A stretch of DNA of 64,000 nt from Glycera tridactyla. Its lineage: Eukaryota. The stretch's first letter is position 1, and every line of letters begins with the position of its first letter. Shown here piece after piece: positions 38,601 to 49,458 of the stretch. Below the pieces are notes generated by a model. It had not been told where the DNA came from, did not search any database, and saw nothing but the letters and a program-made list of their open reading frames with translations. The DNA lies in the NCBI GenBank assembly GCA_965644265.1, contig OZ286461.1, forward strand, positions 40,796,001 to 40,860,000. The letters are read 5' to 3'. A program made the translations under genes and the position numbers.

Positions 38601-41600
38601 CAAAAATATAAAACACTCCAGACTGGTCATGTCAACTTACTTCTGAATGAGGAGCTGGTTACGTGTGGTGTCCAAACTGATCTCCATCTCCGTGTTGTTC
38701 AGTTCCATCAAGCTTCTCCTGGAATGAGAAAGTAGCTCATGATGGACACGCACATTTATTGATATACAGTCGAACCTGCTCTAGAGACCACCTCTCTATA
38801 AAGACCACCTCTCTATAAAGACCGCCTGAGCTACGACCGCGGTAGTATTTTCAATAGTAAATGACCTCTCTATAAAGACCACCTGCCCATAAAGACCGCT
38901 TTTTGATGCGTTCGAAGGCGGTCTTTATAGAAAGGTTCGACTGTATATCAAACATTCTCTCTGATCAGCGCTCTATGTTGGCCAAAATATTTAGGAGCCA
39001 GCTAGCTCCTAAGTTGAAATATTGGTAGCAAGTGCAATATTTTGGTAGCCAATCAATGCATTGCCAATTACAACCTCTCAAAAATTTAGGGGCAGCTGGC
39101 TCCTAACTTTTAAAATATGGTAGCCAGAGGGTAAATTTGGTAGCAATTGGCTACCCACAGGTAGCAACGTAGAGCCCTGCTGATAACATTGTGGTTAAAA
39201 ATGAATAATTTGTTCTCTATATTGATCACGCAGGGGAATGTCAATAGATGTTGGACCAAAGTGTGAGTACATCAGTAGACATGTTAGGCCTATCTTGTTC
39301 AAAGAATCAATGTATGCCTCAAGGAGAGGTCATTTATACTTGTACTTTGCCATAAGAATATCTTGATTGTGGATATAAAATATATTTTGTTTGATAAATC
39401 TACATGATCATATACTCCTAAAAGTGGCTGTAATGTGTTCCATTGAACATGTACTGTTACATTGAATGATACGGCATTGTGAGATTTCAACAATTAAAGT
39501 ACAGTTGAACCTGCTATAATAAAGGGCACCTGTATCAAGCAACCACCTGCCTTGAGCAACCACTTATGAAAGTCCCTCCAGAGTATTTCTCAGTATAATT
39601 ACAGTGTATTAGACAACCACCTGTCTTAAGCAACCACATTTCACTGTCCCGAGGGTGGTTGCTGAATACAGGTTTGACTGTATCAACATTGCATGCCACG
39701 GTGCAAATAGAAAAGCTGAATTGAACTTGTCTATCTTGATCAACAGATGGCACTAAAGAGATCCCTTACCTGAGCTCCATCTGGTTGTTAAAGACACTGA
39801 GAAGCTGATCTTTCAATTTATTTAACTCACTCTGGTCTTCATTCAGGGCAGCTTGTAAGACTTCATCTGGAATGAATATGGTATCATGATCACTTTCATA
39901 CAAGATATAACTCGACTAGTCTAGAATCAGAACCACCATCAAAATGCAGTGATCCAAAAAAAGATGCACTCTCATAAAAGGTAGTTGAAGTTGTCTAGAA
40001 AGATCACCCTTGGTTGCATTAAAGTGGTCTTCATAAACATGTGACCTTCATAAAGGTCGTTTACTGTAGGTGATACTGTATTGTGGTCACCACTCCCAAT
40101 GGTTCCTATATAGAGGTGGCTCCCATACATGTTCAATTTTATACCTGACAAACTGAGAAGCTGTCCTGAGAAAGCAGACTACAGTCAGATATTGGTCTAT
40201 TGTTGAGGGTCTCTCGTCACAGATTCAACTGTAGTACCACCAGAAAAAGCAAATCAAACTTCACAAAAATTAGCCAATCATTTCATAAATTACCTCTCTA
40301 TTGTTAATGTTTCATCTTATATGGAATATTACTTATTGAATTTTTCTGAGCCTGATGATGGCATCAAAGTGCAACCTTCCCCTAACAAACATATAACAAC
40401 CAATGCTACGCAATGATCAAGCATTTCTTCCAGAATAGTCTACTATCATTCTTTCACAACTATACCAGGGATCAGCAAGCATCTGTCATGAGGAAAAAAA
40501 TTGACTCCATCGCAGACTGTCTATTCCACTGTATTATGCTATCTATTGCACAGAAAAATACATCAAAGGGGAAAACATAATCAAGGATACACTCACTCTG
40601 AATAGCATGAATGGCTGAGGCATTTTTGTTGCCTGCCTCGACATCGAGTTTCACTCGTAATCGCTTTATTTCCTCACGTAATTCAGCGATGATATTGGTA
40701 TACTGCGCAATATGATACGAGACATCCATAACATTCTTACGCACCTAAACATAGTATCAAAGACATATACTCAAACAGATGGGATTATCTTCATATCTTC
40801 CATATCTCCGAAGAAATTGAGTCTATACAAATCTCCACATTTTGTCTGACATCTACTATTTACCAGACTGCATTTTCTCTACAATGAGAGATTTATTGCA
40901 CATGTCACATTTGACCCTACCAGCCATGGACACCCAACAAACCATTACTGGGATATACGTTAGTATATTTCCATGATGATAAATACTTCCTGATGTTACG
41001 GGGTTAAGATATATACCCTATTTGTCAGAGAGATTATCTTCAAAAGGGCAACAAGGGACCGGCTATGAAAATCTAGGACAAAATTAACAGTGAAAGGGCT
41101 GATACAAGGGGTCATTAGATTCACTAGCTGAAACTGTTTTATATTTGTCTTCAATCGAGTTTGATTTACCTCCCAACTGACCACTCCCCTTGAATAACAT
41201 CTGAAAGAATAATTAAATTCCAGCAGATTCTCATCACTTCCATGTAAAATTGACTACTTCAGAGGTGCTCACGATATACAGTGAAACCTGCTCGAGCGTA
41301 AACCTGTGCTAGGCGAAATCCTGTCTTAAGCGCATACCCCAAGGTCCGCCCGAACGTTTTTTCACTATAATTGACCTGTATTAAGCGAAAACCTGTCTAA
41401 CGCGAACAACGGAACGCCATTTTCGGTCCCGCGGGGCCCACCAACCTGTATTAAGCGAGAAGCGAAGTTGACATTCCGCTGGAAATCAGCGATGATCTCG
41501 CCCACGAATCCGAGAAAGAACCGACACAGGTATCTGTCGCGATCCCTGATTGGCCAAATCGCCGAAATCGCGGCGGAATCGACCAATCAGCGACCTGCTT

Positions 41601-44600
41601 TCATGAGGCTCTCGTTGCGAGATGTAAACAATGTGCGCAGAAGGCGATTTCTGACCATCTGCGCAGGTTTCGGAACCACGAGGAAGCCGATCTCACGAAT
41701 GAATTTATCACGTTTGCTCGTATTTTCTACGGAAAATTCGACTTGTATACAAATGTTTCCTTGGCCTAGGTGACATTCGTGTACGGACGTGTGGTTTTTC
41801 GAGGTCTTCGCGCCCTGGCTTCACATGGTGCGATGACTGCGTTCACGGTTTTTCGCAGCTCCCCCCGGCTCTGACCAATGTGAGCAAGTCTACATTCGCG
41901 CGAAAAGCGAAGTTCACGGTGTTCTCCCCCATCTCCCCCGCCTCCCCCCGTCTCCATAATGTGAGCAAGTCTAGATTCGCGCGAAAAGCGAAGTTGACAT
42001 CAGCTCACCCGTGATACGAACCTCGGTTTTCGCAGCTCCCCCCGTCTCTCTGACAATGTGAGCAGTTCTACAGGTTTTTGTGGATTTTTTGTGATTTTTT
42101 GGATTTTTTGTGTATTTTTTGTGATTTTCGTGGATTTTTTGTGTATTTTTTGTGATTTGTGATTGATTTTGTGTGATATTTGGGTGTTCCATGTGCTTTG
42201 GAACATGTGGATGTAATAATATAGAAGATTCTGATGCGAAAATGAATTGTTGGTGTTATTTGTTATCATATCGGTCAACCAGTAGTGAAATCCTGCGCTA
42301 AGCAAAATCCTGTCTTAAGTGAAAAAAAAATTTGGTCCCGTGACTTTTCACTTAAGACAGGTTTTACTGTATACAGGTACTTCAGTGAATAAGCAATTTT
42401 CGTTTCATCATACTTCAGTGATATAAGTTCATAGAATAATGATGTATGCTATGGATCCCAGCTGACTATACAGAATGAATTCTGTGATACATTTCCGGAA
42501 TCCCTCATAGTTATGGATATGTAACAGTTATAGATAAGAAAGTTCCAAATATGGCTCAAATGACCTCTTCATTCATAATCATGTAGTAATGAATTAATGT
42601 TGATGATCATATTCATCAATAATATAATCTTAGCTCACAGAAGCGCAGGGGAGCTGAAGATTTTTGGGACTCATCTAGGACTGTTAAGTTCCAATTCATT
42701 TAAAGTGCATGAAATGGGCAGAATGCACCCGGAAATGCATCATTTATACTTACTTTGGTTCTGATCTGTTTGGCCCTGTCTGCATAAAGCAGTGTGTTTC
42801 TGGACTCCTCAAAGTGAATGCTGGCTGGGCTAATATGTGCAATCATGACCGTCTTACAGTTGCCTCCAAGAGCATCCTTCAGTAATCGCGTCAGCTTGCT
42901 GTCTCGGAAGTTCACATACTTTGAACCGTTCTTGTCACCTGCAATTGTACAAGACAGTGCAGTGATTAATTGGAGAGCACAGGATATGATGACGACATAC
43001 TATATCATGCTAAATGACCTTCCTTTGCTTTGGTGCCACTTGAAAAACAGCCAAGGTGCCCTAAAATCTGAACCATCTCTTGGATGTGCTTAACTAACAA
43101 CTAGATGCACTCAGTGAACACGGATGCACGCGGAGTGCATCCTTGCCACAGGAAAAGTGAATACGAGAAGTGAGATATATGAACAAAACTAATACTTTTT
43201 CATGCTCAATGACCTTGCAATTCAAGATGGCCTCTCCAAAATCAGAAATGTCTTGCTAGATCCTAGGAGATTCTATGCTTCATGATTGACATGGCTAGCC
43301 CTGTAACTTTTCCAAGTTATTGTTCCAAAATCGTTTTGACCATTTCTTATCTTCAAATACAAGATGGCCTCCCAAAAATCAATTGGTGTCTTCCATAGCC
43401 TGGGAGAGTCTATATACCAAGTTTGAGATGAGTACAAGGTACCCATCAAACTTCTCAAGTTATTGTCTGGAAAACATTTTGACCTTTTCACACTTAGTGA
43501 CCTCAAAATTTAAGATGGCCGCCCAAAATCAATAGTTATCTTACCAGGCCTAAGGTGATCTTACCCACAAAGCTTCACTTTGATACAAGTCAAACATTTG
43601 GATTATCGTCTGCAAACCATGCTCTGGACACTTACTGAGTGCATTTATACAGTTTCCTAATGCAAGAAGCGAACGGTTGATGTGAGCTCCCTCGACCATG
43701 CGTTTGCCACGATTATGCGTGTTGGCAGCTCTCTCTGATCCTGCGAGGTCAATGAGGAAAAGCTTCCCGACACGGACCTAAAAGTATTAAGAATAAATAG
43801 AATAAAAAAAAATCGAATGCAATTTTCATATACAGTCGAACCTGTCTTAAGCAGCCACCCTTCGGGAAGGCAAAAAGTGGCTGCTTAGGGCAGGTGGCTG
43901 CTTAGTATAGTGGTTGCCTAGGACAGATTAGACTGTAATCAAATCATAGTTCACAATTTCTCCTTCTTGGTTCAGAAAGGAAGGTGAAAATTTGTAACAT
44001 TCAGACATTCAAGGTGTGATTTCTTATCATCATGTACATAATGGAGAATGAAATTCATCGCAAAGAGAAATCCATCAATATATTCCTGCGGGCAATGCAA
44101 CTCAGTTGAAAATCTTTAAACATATGAATGCACTGTATATCCTGGAGCACAAGTACAGTAAAACCTGCTCAAGTGAAAACCTTTGCTGGGTGAAATCCTG
44201 TCTTAAGCACATACGCCACGGACTGCCCAACTGTTTTTTCACTATAATTTTCCTGGATCAGGCAAAATCCTGTCTAACCTGAACAATGAAACACCATTTT
44301 TGGTCCTGCGGTGCCTTCCATCCTGTCATAAGTGAAAAGTGAAGTTGAGATCAGCTCAATTGTGAGCAGTTCTACATTGCTTATTGCAGGTAATCGCTAC
44401 AATTTAGGCCAGTGGCTGGTCACGTTAGAGAGGTGATCGCTTGTCACAGGTCATTTAAGAAGTATTTGGTATTTTGGCAAAAAGCGATCGTTCAAGAGAG
44501 GCGATTGCTCATGACAGGTTTCACTATATTTCTCATCCATATCAGACAAACAGTAGTGAAATCCTGTGCTAAGTGAAATCCTGTCTTAAATGAAAACATC

Positions 44601-46368
44601 GATTGGTCCCGTGACTTTTCACTTAAGACAGGTTTTACTGTAGGTGAAGAGCAAAACAAATGAATAAAAATCACTTTGCACACAACAGAGGAAAACAGCA
44701 GAAGTGATGGAATCCAGTGTTGAATCTCATTAAAGATGAATGACTTCACGAAATCCTTCATAATTGGCAGAATCCCCTGATGAAATCAATCACTTGCGAA
44801 CAGAATTTAAAATTCTCGCACAAACCTCCTGCATGATGTTGCGCATGCGATTACGCTGTCGGACAACCACCTGGAGGATTGCGTGTGAACGTGATGATGT
44901 TTTATTGGCGGCTGTTGGTTCCTGGGTTCGTTCTTTGTTACCTTTCATCAGCATATCAATCACCTGCAATACAATATGATGGATTCAAACGGCAACCTTG
45001 ATCTTTGTATTGCCTGAGCACAGAACTCATGATGAAACCTTGCCTCAGACAGTAGACTTTTTACCTCAAAACCACATCTGGTATCCAAATCTCCATAACA
45101 ACAACAATGATTTGCTGATCACATTTCAATGCTTGTTGTTTTAGTCTTGATGATCCAAAGAGAGCTGCTACCTCTCTCAATACCGTCATCATCACCCTCA
45201 TCCAGGCCTTCTCCCTACCACAAGATCAAACATAAGTGTTCAATAATTCACACAGATTAATATATGTTTATATATGTACATTTATCAGTCATCTACCAAA
45301 AAGGAAGGAACTATCATTTCCACTAGTTGCCACCAGATTTCACTGCAACCAGGAGGCACTTCACAGAATGGTTGTTAATGTCTATGTAGGTACCTCTCTT
45401 GTGGATCTGGCCTGCACCTCAGACAATCCTGCTATATGTACACCTTTAGTGTCCTCCCGCAGGTCCAGATATCCCTCAGATGGATTCAGTAAGTCTCGAA
45501 TCATCTCATTGTAGATCTGAAAAAAATGAGAAAAAACAATCACGCCATGTTGAAGCACTTCTCAAGACCACCTGCCCATTCTCCATGCATCATGGATTGA
45601 CAGGAGGTCGCAGGAATGTATTCAATCAACTTTTATCATGAGCACCAATGTCACAATTCATGATTGAATTAAATCATTCATGATTGACCTTATGTGAAGT
45701 ATTCACTACAAAGAATCTCAGTTTGCCCAGATTTATGATACAGCAGGAAAGATGCTCCAGCAAAAAGGCCCCTTCGGGTGCAGGCTATTGCTAGTGGATT
45801 CAAACATTTTCAGGCATCAGTTGTTGTTGGACTCTCACCCAAATATCGATGCATCCATTGGACCTGTTCTAACGTTGCAGCCCTATGAAGTTGCCTGCCA
45901 GATTATCTTCATGAACATTTTCAGCAGTTTCGTCACCTCTTCAGTAATTGGACATATGGAGCTATCTATAATTAGGTTATATTTCATAACACAGTTCTGT
46001 TCTGAGGGATCCATTTTTGGGAGACTAATAAATTAATCAATCGAAACATATCCCAATCAATTGATTCTCGAAATAGGTGCTCATTCCTAAAACTACTTTT
46101 GAAGAATAATTAAGAGGAATTCAGCCCTAAATATCACTCCTACCTCCAGGTAGGACATGGTGACGCTGTATGCCATATCTTCTGAAGTCTGCTCCATCGC
46201 CAGGAAGAGATCATTCAGTGCACGTGCCATGATACCCGGGTCATCGTCTGATCCCAGCATGGTATGCGTTTTTCCTGCACCAGTCGCCCCATATGCGAAC
46301 ACTGTGGCATTGAAACCCGCGATGACATTGGGAATGAGCACCTTGGTTGTGTGGTCATAGACCTCTTC
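20229..46368 (-). CDS. KIF19: Kinesin-8 family motor KIF19, 5'-incomplete spliced CDS (~990 aa): join(46144-46368, 45394-45516, 44826-44963, 43636-43777, 42754-42938, 40597-40744, 39770-39866, 38641-38718, 38301-38389, 34220-34398, 32120-32317, 31224-31355, 30527-30729, 28182-28818, 22414-22582, 21409-21510, 20888-20986, 20229-20254)
   Basis: P-loop GATGAGKT, switch I SSRSHA, switch [28 protein letters not shown]. The KIF19-type neck ([19 protein letters not shown]) and coiled-coil segment ([24 protein letters not shown]) distinguish it from KIF18. All exon phases join. The last four exons rest on splice signals and frame only. Confidence 0.92.
20888..20986 (-). CDS. KIF19: KIF19 tail exon ([32 protein letters not shown])
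   Basis: ttttttctgcttgcag acceptor, gtatca donor, 99 nt, phase 1 to 1. Confidence 0.78.
21409..21510 (-). CDS. KIF19: KIF19 tail exon ([33 protein letters not shown])
   Basis: ttccag acceptor, gtaatc donor, 102 nt, phase 1 to 1. Confidence 0.8.
21571..21772 (-). mobile_element. tRNA-derived SINE with (TG)n tail; a second near-identical copy at 35573-35821 is cut by a gap
   Basis: The minus strand has an A-box-like TGGTGTAGAGG and a B-box GGTTCAAATCC; the two copies are nearly identical. Confidence 0.8.
21855..22030. repeat. (CA)n microsatellite, degenerate
   Basis: Direct reading. Confidence 0.98.
22414..22582 (-). CDS. KIF19: KIF19 tail exon ([14 protein letters not shown]...VTTAADE)
   Basis: tgtttcag acceptor, gtgagc donor, 169 nt, phase 0 to 1. 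Confidence 0.8.
27878..27927. repeat. (ATT)n microsatellite
   Basis: Direct reading. Confidence 0.9.
28182..28818 (-). CDS. KIF19: KIF19 large tail exon ([15 protein letters not shown]...AAKRR...KPQDQ); alternative donor 15 nt further on, at 28167
   Basis: ttttcag acceptor, 637 nt open, donor CAG|gtgaat or CAG|gtcagt, both phase 0. Confidence 0.88.
28965..29573. mobile_element. Tc2-type (Tc1/mariner) MITE, copy 1
   Basis: TA flanks; TIR CCGTATTCTCCCTAATTAGCGCCCC / GGGGCGCTAATCAGGGAGAATACGG. Confidence 0.9.
30527..30729 (-). CDS. KIF19: KIF19 tail exon ([15 protein letters not shown]...HSNLARLE)
   Basis: tttcag acceptor, gtaagt donor, 203 nt. Confidence 0.88.
31224..31355 (-). CDS. KIF19: KIF19 exon ([44 protein letters not shown])
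   Basis: aattag acceptor, gtgagt donor, 132 nt; LEELY matches the family. Confidence 0.92.
31434..31543 (-). pseudogene. Decayed tandem duplicate of the acceptor half of KIF19 exon 31224-31355 plus flanking intron (pseudoexon)
   Basis: aagtcatacattctccgagttcacagggtacttccg aligns to aagtcatacagttcctcgagttcacgtggtatttcgg ~140 bp away, and the alignment continues into the intron. Confidence 0.75.
32066..32111. repeat. (CCCT)n microsatellite next to a KIF19 donor
   Basis: Direct reading. Confidence 0.9.
32120..32317 (-). CDS. KIF19: KIF19 exon ([32 protein letters not shown]...CDEIIHQQ)
   Basis: tttcag acceptor, gttagt donor, 198 nt. Confidence 0.94.
32583..32735. mobile_element. hAT-like MITE (CAGGG...CCCTG) with 5-bp TSD; a second copy at ~400-636 is interrupted by a (GTTT)n-tailed insertion
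   Basis: Flanks CATAC/CATAC; internal GGGCAGGT repeats shared with 415-636. Confidence 0.75.
33800..33929. mobile_element. CAGTCAAACC MITE
   Basis: TA|CAGTCAAACCTGT ... ACAGGTTTGACTG. Confidence 0.8.
34220..34398 (-). CDS. KIF19: KIF19 exon ([33 protein letters not shown]...ETIVE)
   Basis: attcag acceptor, gtcagt donor, 179 nt. Confidence 0.9.
34843..34970. other. Assembly gap (N)
   Basis: Run of N. Confidence 1.
35573..35821 (-). mobile_element. tRNA-derived SINE copy 2 with long (CA)n tail
   Basis: Aligns to 21571-21743 and runs into the N-gap. Confidence 0.8.
35822..35952. other. Assembly gap (N)
   Basis: Run of N. Confidence 1.
36545..36765. mobile_element. hAT-like MITE (CAGGGCTCTAC TIR); related fragments at ~22119-22295, ~1560-1704, ~5691-5730 and from 63772
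   Basis: Perfect 11-bp TIR CAGGGCTCTAC/GTAGAGCCCTG; no TSD recognisable (a TA MITE sits in the right flank). Confidence 0.75.
36852..37940 (+). mobile_element. Helentron/HINE-like non-autonomous element with three ~330-bp internal tandem units and a (GACA)n tract
   Basis: Units start near 36923, 37255 and 37581, each with TGACCTTGACCTTTGACC; begins AACTAGAG and ends in GACA repeats plus CCAGTATA in A-rich flanks. The superfamily call is inferred from architecture. Confidence 0.7.
38100..38245 (+). mobile_element. RTE-type LINE 3' tip with (TGAA)n tail
   Basis: MDTLKEDAG...[12 protein letters not shown] then (AATG)7. Confidence 0.65.
38301..38389 (-). CDS. KIF19: KIF19 exon ([29 protein letters not shown])
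   Basis: cactag acceptor, gtcagt donor, 89 nt, phases 2 and 1 fit the neighbours. Confidence 0.88.
38641..38718 (-). CDS. KIF19: KIF19 exon ([25 protein letters not shown])
   Basis: ttccag acceptor, gtaagt donor, 78 nt. Confidence 0.92.
38767..38943. mobile_element. TA-flanked CAGTCGAACC MITE with AAAGACCACC subrepeats; relatives at 8950-9109, 49859-50032 (inverted) and a 56-bp mini copy at 36769-36824
   Basis: TA|CAGTCGAACCT ... AGGTTCGACTG|TA; copies align over their full length. Confidence 0.9.
38966..39179. mobile_element. hAT-like MITE with 5-bp TSD
   Basis: TIR CAGCGCTCTATGTTG / CAACGTAGAGCCCTG; flanks CTGAT/CTGAT. Confidence 0.75.
39502..39680. mobile_element. TA-flanked MITE with GCAACCAC subrepeats
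   Basis: TA|CAGTTGAACCTG ... CAGGTTTGACTG|TA. Confidence 0.85.
39770..39866 (-). CDS. KIF19: KIF19 exon ([32 protein letters not shown])
   Basis: ttccag acceptor, gtaagg donor, 97 nt. Confidence 0.92.
40597..40744 (-). CDS. KIF19: KIF19 neck exon ([30 protein letters not shown]...AIQ)
   Basis: gtttag acceptor, gtgagt donor, 148 nt. Confidence 0.95.
41279..42369. mobile_element. 1.09-kb CpG-rich non-autonomous TA-flanked element (CAGT(G/A)AAACCTG TIR), apparently young
   Basis: TA|CAGTGAAACCTG ... CAGGTTTTACTG|TA; internal repeats AATGTGAGCAAGTCTA-ATTCGCGCGAAAAGCGAAGTT and a GATTTTT-rich tract. Confidence 0.9.
42754..42938 (-). CDS. KIF19: KIF19 exon ([37 protein letters not shown]...KQIRTK)
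   Basis: ttgcag acceptor, gtaagt donor, 185 nt. Confidence 0.96.
43097..43625 (+). mobile_element. Tandem-unit (AAGATGGC..CAAAATC, ~140-150 bp) Helentron-like repeat
   Basis: Three diverged units with AAGATGGC at ~43224, 43361 and 43512; begins AACAACTAGA. Confidence 0.5.
43636..43777 (-). CDS. KIF19: KIF19 exon, switch II ([47 protein letters not shown])
   Basis: ttttag acceptor, gtaagt donor, 142 nt. Confidence 0.96.
43833..43935. mobile_element. TA-flanked MITE, deletion derivative of the 14791 family
   Basis: TA|CAGTCGAACC ... TAGACTG|TA. Confidence 0.85.
44156..44640. mobile_element. Chimeric MITE family A, copy 2
   Basis: TA|CAGTAAAACCTG ... CAGGTTTTACTG|TA; both ends homologous to 41279-42369. 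Confidence 0.9.
44826..44963 (-). CDS. KIF19: KIF19 exon, switch I ([31 protein letters not shown]...MQE)
   Basis: ttgcag acceptor, gtttgt donor, 138 nt. Confidence 0.95.
45394..45516 (-). CDS. KIF19: KIF19 exon ([41 protein letters not shown])
   Basis: tttcag acceptor, gtacct donor, 123 nt. Confidence 0.95.
46144..46368 (-). CDS. KIF19: KIF19 motor exon with P-loop (EEVYDHTTK...[11 protein letters not shown]...SYLE)
   Basis: ttgcag acceptor, gtagga donor, 225 nt. Confidence 0.96.
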
Positions 46369-48941
46369 CTGCAATCATAAAAAGTATAGTCAATGAGCAC
46401 AGATCAAAATATCAATCAAGAGAAATTTACTCCTCTTCGAAGTTGAGATTCAGTTTCGGATACTCAAATCTTCAATATTCGTGAACACACATACAATAGA
46501 CATGGCTTTGTAATGAAAACCTTATCAAGTTAAGAAGTTTGATGAAACCAGAATTAACACCATTAAGTTGGCTTGACACACCTTTCCTGAGCCTTGCCAA
46601 ACCAGATTTAAAGCAATGTTGCTGTAGTTTGGGCTGATTTTGGAACAAGGAGTGGTATATAAATGATGAATTTTGGAAAGGTACCAATCCTGTTTCATGA
46701 AATATACCAACATATGAATATTCTGCCTGATCCTACATTCGCTCTCAAATAAGATGATCAATTGAAATTCAAAAGCCTTTGCATCATCCTTCCTGCAACT
46801 AAGACCTTATTAGATCCTGTGACAAAACAGATTACAGGAAAACTGCCCAGCATGATGCAGAATGACAAGGCTGTACCATACCGCAAAATCTATAATGAAA
46901 GACATGTCATTATTTCTTCAACGATACAGAAAGTACACAACTTAAAATGGAAATTTACACCGAGATTATTGCTTCAACTGGGGAGGATTTGAAACAGGAG
47001 TTGTACGGCTTATGAATGAATGGAATCAGCATCTTCATCACAGTTCGCAAGTGACTGATGTCATGAAGCATTATTAAGATTGAAATTGAATAATATATGA
47101 GCCCATCTTAGCACGACCTTGATTTCATGAAAAAATACATGCAGAAACGCCCGCACAGGAACACATTTAATTCGCCCTCGCACCCATGAGAGTATTTCAA
47201 TAAAGTAGCCCAATTCAGTCACGAACTATGCTGTCAGTGGAATTGCACAAGTGTATCCCATATTTTTGACAACTGTCAGCAAAAACTTCAATTTTGAATC
47301 GTGAGATCCCATTTGTGCAACAAGAGATGATCTGTGAATCTGGTTCCTTATGTACAAGTCAAAATTCTGAAGCTTCTCCACATATTTGGGGCTAGAGTAT
47401 TGGCCCAAACATAGGCACGTATGGGAAAGTTCGGCTACAAAAGTAATCCTAACTGTTGATGATTTACATCAGAAAAGTAGGACCAGGCTACTCATTGAAA
47501 CTGTCGAATATGCCAGCATAATGCCAGGAGGATATACAAATCACGCAAATCATACATCTTTCACATAAAGATTGATCAGCCTATTTCAATTTGCACTCAA
47601 TCGACCAATAATCAGTAACACTAGTATATTTTTTCTCCTAAGGAAGAGCATGACATCACAGCTCAGTACAAATTTCAAACTACACCAGGAGCTCAACTAA
47701 GCACCTTTTTCAAAAGACAGATCATTGTCCACAGAACAAGCAATATTCTGATGACAAACCTGATGTACATGATAGGATCCCAGGTCATATTTTGCAACAG
47801 ATACCATGACATCATTGCAGGTTTTTGAAAACCTAACTCGAAACTTAACATGGAAATTACTGTCAATAGAAGCAGTAAGAATATTGATTAAAAATATTTT
47901 TCAGAAGGAGTGTGATTTCAAAATTTCATATCATGATGCAATTCCTGCATTTCATTCCATCATGCAACTTCTGCATCTCATGTGCCAAGTATGGATAATT
48001 TTTTCTTGCTTCATTGCTCAGTCATGTATCAATACATGGGTCTCGACTGCACTCCGATGTATGACCTGATATAAGCCCAATGGTATTAGAGGCAATTCTC
48101 CTGCTGTAGCTTGAACAAAATGAAATTCTGGCTAGAAATATTCTGTGGCAACAGACACAGACCCTGTTGATGAAAATCTGTGGAACTCATGAGAGTGACA
48201 TCTATGACAATCTCTCATCACAGAATTCACTGAAAATAAATGATTCAGCGCAGCTGGCGATACTGGTTTTCAACAACTTCAAGCACAACATTTCCAACTC
48301 AATCATGCACCACCGATATTTTGACAGGATCCATCAACCATACACAAGTGATTGGCAAGCATTTCAGTTGTGCCAGGCGCCGTTATTGATAGTTATTAAC
48401 TAGCAGACTGCTGCTGTTGGAATATTCATGATGTAGCAGTGCATCTCGTAGTGGTCATAGCAACGATTGATTGAACGTTGCATTGTCGATGCTGATTCAA
48501 ATCAGTAACGCCAGTTTGTCATACAGCGTTGGCTCTGCTCCAGTCGCAACTACTGCTGCCATAACGGGCTGGTTGGGACAGCTCTGCATATAACGTCAAT
48601 GCAGCAATGAAATGAGAGGTTTTGATACAATACAAGTTCAACTTTCTTTGATTACCGGTATCCCAAAATACAAGAGATAGACTTATCAAATTAGATCACT
48701 GCTGGATTCCTGTCGCAGCGGAATTGACCCTGGTCTGACTATAGAGGTATTCTTACTGGCCTCCAATTGTATGTGTTGGCTGCTTGTCATTTGATGAAAT
48801 TTAAGCAACGTCCACTGTCAATCAAAAAAACCAAATAGACCAATGAAAAGCAGTCTCTCAAAAGAGGGCAGTCTCCCAAAAGAGGGCAGTCTCCCAAAAG
48901 AGGGATCCTCTCAAAAGAAGTTTCACTGTATTCATCAAATA

Positions 48942-49451
48942 CCGTATTCTCCCTAATTAGCGCCCCCACCCTCGTAAGCGCCCCCCCCCCCTTATCCCAT
49001 GGGAGAGAACTTGCCGACATGCTTGGACAGTCCCGGATATTTGAATTTCCCGCTCTTTCTGAACGAGCAAGAAGGCCAGATCCATCATGGCGGCGCGCAC
49101 GTGGAAGAAGACCCACTCCTTGCCGCTCGATATGGACACCACACGATTTTATACCTAGGAATTCCTCCGCACCATCGTTTTTACTGTGAGTTTGATATTT
49201 CGTGGGTTTTAATCGCGCAAAACTACGTCTGAAAACACGGGATTGACTTGTCAAAGTGAGAATGGTTATGCAGACACTGCTCTTTGGTCAGCGAATATTC
49301 GTCGTATCCTCGTAGTTTTATCGTTCTATCACCTATATGACAAGAACAGAGACTGAGTATTACATTTATCGAATGTTTCTTTGGTATTTCACCAGTCATC
49401 ATTGTTATGTTCGGGAAAATACCCTATTATCGCTAATTAGGGAGAATACGG
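48942..49451. mobile_element. Tc2-type MITE, copy 2 (opposite orientation to copy 1)
   Basis: TA flanks, same TIR; internal sequence is the reverse complement of ~29090-29520. Confidence 0.9.
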
Positions 49452-49458
49452 TAGTATA

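Noticed and set aside
41365-42305. ORFs inside the 1.09-kb element
   Set aside because: Short, in several frames, low-complexity, with no transposase motifs.
43105-43643. 10-bp inverted match TGCACTCAGT suggesting subterminal inverted repeats
   Set aside because: The right-hand copy is the KIF19 exon end and donor (AATGCACTCA|gtaag), so the match is probably coincidental.
48787-49254. 155-aa ORF and similar ORFs at 29243-29641
   Set aside because: They lie in Tc2-type MITE internal sequence, are not conserved as an ORF between the two copies and have no DDE motif.
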